In this document: positions 58,550 through 64,000 of the stretch, piece after piece | Layout: the number at the start of each line of letters is the position of its first letter | Position numbering within the stretch: position 1 is the first letter of the stretch | Origin: an uncultured Gemmatimonadales bacterium | Lineage (GTDB): Bacteria > Gemmatimonadota > Gemmatimonadetes > Longimicrobiales > RSA9 | Assembly: GCA_963708135.1 (NCBI GenBank) | Contig: OY970192.1 | Coordinates: 3,104,001 to 3,168,000 of the forward strand | DNA: 64,000 nt | Direction of reading: 5' to 3' | Made by a program: the position numbers and the translations under genes | The notes under the pieces: generated by a model | What the model was told of the DNA's origin: nothing | Database searches by the model: none | Seen by the model: the letters and a program-made list of their open reading frames with translations, nothing else

Positions 58550-59494
58550 CTATGCCCGATGTGCGCGGTGCCGGGGGGCGGCTGCCTTGCGCGCCCCCGC
58601 CAGGGCGAGAATCTGGCCGATCTCGACGGCCACGGCGGTGGGCTCTCGCGTGAGCCGTCGCCAGCTCACGCGGATGACCTCGATGCCGCGGGCGCGCAGC
58701 CACGCGTCCTTGCGGCGGTCGCCCTCGAACCGGGCCCGGGACGAATGGTGCTGCCAGCCGTCGATCTCGATAGCGACCCCCTCCCGGGGCCATAGGCCGT
58801 CCACCTCGTAGGGCCCGATCGCCACGTTGAGGTGCGGGCGCGCCAGGTGGCCGACGCGCACGAGGTCCTGGAGACGCTCCTCGGCTCCGGAGCGCGTGAA
58901 CGCCGGGCCGTCCAGATCACCGAGAACGTCCCGGAGCGCCGCCATGCCCGGGCGCCCCCGGTATCGCGCCGGCAGGCGGGCGAGCTCGTCGCTCGTGATC
59001 AGTTTCTGCCGCTCCGCGACGGCCACGCTCTGCTCGATCTCGCGTCGCCCGAGGAGAGCCGCGATGTCCACCAGCGTGCGGCCGGGGGACGTGACCGGAA
59101 TGCCTTCGGCGACGGCGCGCTCGTCCTCCGCCAGCGCCTTCACGTGGTGCAGCCGGATCCCGGCGCGGCCCGCGTGCGCGCTTCGGAAGACGCTGACATC
59201 GAGGGGCCCCGGGCGTTCGGGGCGCGGTCGCACGCCCAGCAACACCGCGCCGGAGAGGTGGCTGAGCAGCGCCCCCGTGCCGCCCGCCAGGACGGCCGCC
59301 ATCTCGGCCGCATGAGGCGCCTCGAACGGTCCAATGAGGTAGACCCCGCTGTGAAGCGGCCGGAATCGGCGGGACTGCATCCGACGACCGATCGCCGCGG
59401 AGGAGAGGCCTGCCCGGAGGAGCTGCGCCCGGCTCACCACGCCGTGCTGCGAGGCGGCCAGCGCCATGACGCGCTCTTCGGTCTCGATATCCAT
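58550..59494 (-). CDS. AbiEi antitoxin-like N-terminal domain plus DUF559 (Vsr-like) endonuclease protein
   Basis: LAASQHGVVSRAQL...LHSGVY (AbiEi-type wHTH), GIPVTSPGRTLVDIA, and YEVDGLW...AIEIDGWQHH...DRRKDAWL...GIEVIRV (DUF559). Confidence 0.88.
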   Translation of the reverse strand: MDIETEERVMALAASQHGVVSRAQLLRAGLSSAAIGRRMQSRRFRPLHSGVYLIGPFEAPHAAEMAAVLAGGTGALLSHLSGAVLLGVRPRPERPGPLDVSVFRSAHAGRAGIRLHHVKALAEDERAVAEGIPVTSPGRTLVDIAALLGRREIEQSVAVAERQKLITSDELARLPARYRGRPGMAALRDVLGDLDGPAFTRSGAEERLQDLVRVGHLARPHLNVAIGPYEVDGLWPREGVAIEIDGWQHHSSRARFEGDRRKDAWLRARGIEVIRVSWRRLTREPTAVAVEIGQILALAGARKAAAPRHRAHRA

Positions 59495-59656
59495 GGCTCA
59501 CACCCGCAGGGTTGCCCGGTGGCTCGGACCGCCCGCACCAGCCCGGCGCGATGTGCGACTGGGTCCGGTGCGGCCGGTGGGGCCCATGATCGCCCGGAAC
59601 GCGGGGCAACCCCATGGCAGGATGCGCCGCGGACCCGCCGGCCGGCCACGAAGCCA

Positions 59657-60059
59657 CTCGCGGCGCGATAAGGATCGCGCAACGGACGGGCGCCACGCCG
59701 CAGGCACCCACTCGCGGCCCGATAGGGATCGCGCAACGGACGGGCGCCACGCCGCAGGCACCCACTCGCGGCCCGATAAGGATCGCGCAACGGACGGGCG
59801 CCACGCCGCAGGCACCCACTCGCGGCCCGATAAGGATCGCGCAACGGACGGGCGCCACGCCGTCCAGATCCCGGATCATCTCGGAAACCGGGCAAGATCG
59901 CGGGCGCGGCGTCGCCGAGAGGCGGCGGATGCGCCTTTCTTCTCGAATCCCGATCAAGAAGGCGGTTGCGATCCTCGCGGCGAGGTCCGCTCGCCGATCC
60001 TGCTCGCCCGCCGCGCGGATCGGCCGTCCCTCGCGCCGCCGCGGGCGAACCCGCGACGG
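59657..60059. repeat. Right direct repeat: 4 x 54-bp palindromic units plus a ~200-bp tail
   Basis: Units at 59657, 59711, 59765 and 59819 (CTCGCGGC(G/C)CGATAAGGATCGCGCAACGGACGGGCGCCACGCCGCAGGCACCCA), followed by a tail matching 58296-58495. Confidence 0.92.
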
Positions 60060-60334
60060 GGCAGCGGTCCGGAGCCAGGCGCCAGGTCCTTCCGGCGGCG
60101 AAGGCGCTCCGGCCTGTAGGTCGCCCCCCCGGGCTGGCGGCGCGGGCCGGCCGACCGTAGAACTCCTGCGGAAGCCACCGCGCCGATCCGGTCCGCACCC
60201 CCTCCGAACAGGAGACCGGCATGCTCGTGAGGCACGGGGCGTGGTGGGGCTCGGTTGGGGGGGCGCGCCCGCGCGGCCTGGCGGCGAACGGCGGACGAGC
60301 GCACGACACCTGCGACCCCGGAGAGGAGACCGGC

Positions 60335-63256
60335 ATGATCGTGACGGCGGCGAGGCGAATCGGCGGGACGGCGCGGAGCCTCGGCGCGGTCCTCGTCGCC
60401 GGCGCCCTCCTCGCCGCTCCCCGCCCCGCCGTCGCGCAGCGGCCGGATTCGGTCCGCCACCGCCTCGAGGCCGCGCGGCGGCCGCCGCCCTCCGCAGCCT
60501 ACCGCGACGCGCACCTCCCCATCGCCACACGCGTGCGCGACCTCCTCGGGCGCATGACGCTGGAGGAGAAGTTCTGGCAGCTGTTCATGACCCCCGGCGA
60601 GCTGGACGACCCGGCGCACGACTACGGCCACGGCGTCTTCGGCCTGCAGATCCCGGCCGTGCGAAAGCCGGCGGCGGGTGCACCGCGGCAGGACCTTTCG
60701 GACCCGGTGCGCGCCGGCGATCGCGCCGCTAGCCGCGGCACTGCCGAGACGCGACGCACAGCCGAGGCGCCCGTCACGGCCGAAGCCCGCGGCGCGGCCG
60801 AAGCCCGCGGCACGACCCCGCCTGGCTCCGGGACCGCCGCCGCCAGCCTCGCCCGCGCCGACGCCGCGCGGATCGACAGCATCCAGCGTCATTTCGTCGA
60901 GCGGACCCGGCTCGGCGTCCCGATCATCCCCTTCAATGAGGCCGTGCACGGGCTGGTGCGCCCCGGCGCCACGGCGTTCCCGCAGGCCATCGCGCTGGCG
61001 GCCACGTGGGACACGGCGCTGGTCGCGCGGGTGGCGGGCGCCATCGCGCGCGAGACGCGCAGCCGCGGGATCCGGCAGGTGCTCTCGCCCGTGCTGAACA
61101 TCGCTAGCGACGTGCGCTGGGGGCGCGTGGAGGAGACGTACGGCGAGGATCCCGTCCTGGCCTCGGCGATGGCGCGGGCGTTCGTGGGCTCGTTCGAGCG
61201 CGCGGGCGTCGCGACGACGGCCAAGCACTTCGTCGCCAACGTGGGCGAGGGCGGGCGCGACAGCTACCCGGTGGACTACGACCGCCGCGTCCTCGAGGAG
61301 CGTTTCTTCCCGCCGTTCCGGGCCGCGCTGGTGGACGCCCACGCCAGCGCGGTCATGAGCGCCTACAACTCCGTGGGCGGCGTGCCGGCCACGCAGAACC
61401 GTGCCCTGCTCACGGGCGTGCTGCGCGCGGAGTGGGGCTTCCGCGGCATCGTGATCTCGGACGCGGCGGCCACCGCGGGGCCGACGGTGCTGCAGCACAC
61501 GGAGGCGAGCACGGCCACGTCGGCGCGGGACGCGCTCGAGGCCGGCCTGGACGTGATCTTCCAGTCGTCGTATCCGCAGCACCGCCCCTATCTGGCCGCA
61601 TTCCGACGCGGCCTGGTCCCGGACAGCGTGATCGACCGCGCCGTCGCGCGCGTGCTGCGCCTGAAGTTCCGGCTCGGCCTCTTCGAGCGCCCGTACGTGG
61701 ACCCCGACAGCGCCGCCTACTGGAACGGCCGCCCGGAGCACCGCGCGCTCGCCCTCGAGGCGGCGCGCGAGTCCATCGTGCTGCTGCGCAACGAGAACGG
61801 CACACTGCCACTCTCGCCCGCCACGCGCGCGCTGGCCGTGATCGGCACGGATGCCGTCGAGGCACGGCTCGGCGGCTACAGCGGTCCGGGCGTCCAGCCG
61901 GTCTCCATCCTCGACGCCCTCCGGCAGAAGCTCGGCCCCGCCACGGAGGTGCGGTACGCGCCCGGCCCCGGCCGCGAGAGTCCGGAGTACGTGGCCATCC
62001 CGGCGGCGCGGCTCACGTCCGCCGGTTCCGCCGACTCCACCGCCAGCGTGGACCGGCAGCCGCAAAGGGGCCTTCGGGGCGAGTACTTCGACAACCCGCG
62101 GCTCGAGGGCTCGCCGAAGCTCGTCCGGGCGGACAGCCAGATTGCCTTCCAGTGGACCCTCGCCTCGCCGGGCCCGGGCATCCCGCACGGCTGGTACTCC
62201 GTGCGCTGGACCGGCCGGGTCACGGGCCCGCCCGGCGGCGAGGTGCGGCGCATCGGCGTCGAGGGGAACGACGGCTGGCGGCTGTACCTGGATGGCCGGC
62301 TGCTGATCGACGACTGGCGCCCGCGCTCGTACGGGGCGCACCTGGCCGATGTGGCGCTCGCGCCCGGGAGCACGCACGACCTGCGGCTCGAGTACCACCA
62401 GGCGACGGGGCGCGCGCGCGTCCGTCTGGTATGGGACGCCGGCGTGGCGCACGCCTGGCCCGCGGCCATCGACAGCGCCGCCGCCCTGGCCCGGCGGAGC
62501 GGTGCCGCCGTCGTCGTGGCGGGCATCGAGGAGGGCGAGTTCCGGGACCGCGCCTCCCTCGCCCTGCCGGGCCACCAGGAGGAGCTGATCGAGCGCGTAG
62601 CCGCGACAGGCACGCCGACCATCGTCGTGCTGATCGGCGGCAGCGCCATCACCATGTCGGGCTGGCTCGAGCGCGTGGGCGCCGTCCTCGACGCGTGGTA
62701 CCCGGGGGAGCAGGGCGGCCGCGCCGTCGCCGACATCCTCTTCGGCGACGGCGACCCCGGCGGCCGGCTGCCCATCACCTTCCCCGTGGCCGAGGGCCAG
62801 CTTCCGCTCTACTACGACCACGAGCCGACGGGCCGCGGCGACGACTACGTGGACCTCACGGGCGAGCCGCTGTTCCCGTTCGGCTTCGGGCTGAGCTACG
62901 CGACGTTCGCGTTCTCGGACCTCGCCATCACGCCGGACTCGGTCGCGCCCGACGGCACCGCGGTCGTGCGCTGCGTCGTCCGCAACACGGGCACCCGCGC
63001 CGGCGACGAGGTGGTGCAGCTCTACGTGCACCAGGAGCTGGCATCGGTCGCCCGGCCGGTGCTGCAGCTCGAGGGCTTCCGCCGCGTGCACCTGGCGCCG
63101 GGCGAGGCGCGCGAGGTCCGGTTCACCCTGTCGCGGGAGCAGCTCCGGCTGCTCGCGCGGGACGGGCGCTGGGTCGTCGAGCCGGGCAGCTTCCGGGTGA
63201 TGGTCGGCGCCTCGTCGAAGGACATCCGCCTGCGCGGGGAGCTCCGCGTGCGCTGA
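60335..63256 (+). CDS. GH3 beta-glucosidase/xylosidase with PA14 and Fn3-like domains
   Basis: MTLEEK, EAVHG, WGRVEETYGEDP, KHF, VISD (nucleophile), a PA14 insert, WYPGEQGG and FGFGLSY. In-frame alternative ATG at 60221. Confidence 0.93.
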   Translation: MIVTAARRIGGTARSLGAVLVAGALLAAPRPAVAQRPDSVRHRLEAARRPPPSAAYRDAHLPIATRVRDLLGRMTLEEKFWQLFMTPGELDDPAHDYGHGVFGLQIPAVRKPAAGAPRQDLSDPVRAGDRAASRGTAETRRTAEAPVTAEARGAAEARGTTPPGSGTAAASLARADAARIDSIQRHFVERTRLGVPIIPFNEAVHGLVRPGATAFPQAIALAATWDTALVARVAGAIARETRSRGIRQVLSPVLNIASDVRWGRVEETYGEDPVLASAMARAFVGSFERAGVATTAKHFVANVGEGGRDSYPVDYDRRVLEERFFPPFRAALVDAHASAVMSAYNSVGGVPATQNRALLTGVLRAEWGFRGIVISDAAATAGPTVLQHTEASTATSARDALEAGLDVIFQSSYPQHRPYLAAFRRGLVPDSVIDRAVARVLRLKFRLGLFERPYVDPDSAAYWNGRPEHRALALEAARESIVLLRNENGTLPLSPATRALAVIGTDAVEARLGGYSGPGVQPVSILDALRQKLGPATEVRYAPGPGRESPEYVAIPAARLTSAGSADSTASVDRQPQRGLRGEYFDNPRLEGSPKLVRADSQIAFQWTLASPGPGIPHGWYSVRWTGRVTGPPGGEVRRIGVEGNDGWRLYLDGRLLIDDWRPRSYGAHLADVALAPGSTHDLRLEYHQATGRARVRLVWDAGVAHAWPAAIDSAAALARRSGAAVVVAGIEEGEFRDRASLALPGHQEELIERVAATGTPTIVVLIGGSAITMSGWLERVGAVLDAWYPGEQGGRAVADILFGDGDPGGRLPITFPVAEGQLPLYYDHEPTGRGDDYVDLTGEPLFPFGFGLSYATFAFSDLAITPDSVAPDGTAVVRCVVRNTGTRAGDEVVQLYVHQELASVARPVLQLEGFRRVHLAPGEAREVRFTLSREQLRLLARDGRWVVEPGSFRVMVGASSKDIRLRGELRVR

Positions 63257-63473
63257 GTGCGACCGCCCCGCTCCGCGGCGCCCCCGCGTCACCGTTGCGC
63301 CGCCTTCCTCCCCGCCGCCATCTTGACGGCGACGCCTTCCCCCTACAGCGCTCCGATCGCGCAGACCATCCCGCGCCCCGAGCCGCATGCGCTGCCGGCG
63401 CGGTGCGGGCGCTTCGGGCGCCCGCCGGACGGCTGCCTTCCAGCGCGCCCGCGTCCCCCGTCCCCGAGGCCGA

Positions 63474-64000
63474 ATGTCCAGACCGACGCTCCTCGTCGTC
63501 GACGACGACCCCCAGGTGCTGCGCGCCATCGCGCGCGACCTACGCCGGGAGTACCGGCACGGCTATCGTGTGATCGAGGCCGGCTCCGGCGCCGAGGCGC
63601 TGCTGGCGCTGCAGACGCTGAAGCGGCGGGGAGAGCCCGTGGCGGTCCTCGTCGCCGACCAGCGCATGCCGGAGATGACGGGCGTCGAGTTCCTGCAGCA
63701 GGCCGGCGGGGTGTACGCGGACGCCAAGCGGGCGCTGCTGACGGCGTACGCGGACACGGAGGCCGCGATCCAGGCGATCAACGCGGCGCACATCCACTAT
63801 TACCTGCAGAAGCCGTGGGACCCGCCGGAGGAGAAGCTCTATCCGGTGATCGCCGAGCTGCTGGAGGAGTGGGAGAGCCGCTTCCGTCCGCCCTTCGAGG
63901 GGGTGCGCGTGGTAGGCCACCGCTGGTCCCCCGAGGCGCACAAGATCCGCGACTTCCTGGCGCGCAACCAGGTGCCGTACCGCTGGCTGGACGTGGAGGA
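63474..64000 (+). CDS. Response-regulator receiver fused to a glutaredoxin-like/thioredoxin reductase module (3' end outside the window)
   Basis: MSRPTLLVVDDDPQVL...ADQRMPEMTGVEFL...LLTAYAD...YLQKPWDPPEE, then VGHRWSPEAHKIRDFLARNQVPYRWLDVE. Confidence 0.85.
   Translation, partial: MSRPTLLVVDDDPQVLRAIARDLRREYRHGYRVIEAGSGAEALLALQTLKRRGEPVAVLVADQRMPEMTGVEFLQQAGGVYADAKRALLTAYADTEAAIQAINAAHIHYYLQKPWDPPEEKLYPVIAELLEEWESRFRPPFEGVRVVGHRWSPEAHKIRDFLARNQVPYRWLDVE

Noticed and set aside
58148..60059. CRISPR array or classical IS/composite transposon interpretation
   Set aside because: There are no unique spacers, no DDE/HUH transposase or recombinase motifs, and the flanks are direct repeats rather than terminal inverted repeats. 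I could not identify a target-site duplication.
59954..63529. 1191-aa minus-strand ORF
   Set aside because: Antisense shadow of the GH3 gene.

Overview
Very GC-rich bacterial chromosomal segment. The gene repertoire (SusC/SusD pair, TolB-like/TPR and BTAD regulators, BNR/VPS10-like hydrolase, DUF305-LVIVD pair) suggests Gemmatimonadota, which is an inference. It encodes about 40 mostly secreted or metabolic proteins: amidohydrolase, phosphoesterase plus diheme peroxidase, MctP-like symporter, penicillin-acylase family, GH2, GalM, glutamate dehydrogenase, MscL, multicopper oxidase, M28/S8/HExxH peptidases and GH3. It also has a KAP P-loop NTPase and an Xre/RES toxin-antitoxin pair. I found no rRNA, tRNA, CRISPR-cas, integrase or transposase. 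The most striking feature is the non-coding DNA. An AbiEi-DUF559 nuclease gene sits between two ~350-400 bp direct repeats built from palindromic arrays, and a diverged, nearly ungapped third copy of that repeat lies 31 kb away next to the RES toxin. A GxxExxY nuclease gene is bracketed by inverted (ACGGAGGAA)n tracts. There are also 238-bp and ~61-bp structured tandem arrays. Together these suggest nuclease-associated repeat elements (REP/RAYT-like logic with PD-(D/E)XK-type proteins). The 13.4-18.9 kb stretch has a head-to-head truncation junction, many frameshifts and an internal deletion, so it is either decayed or a low-quality assembly segment.
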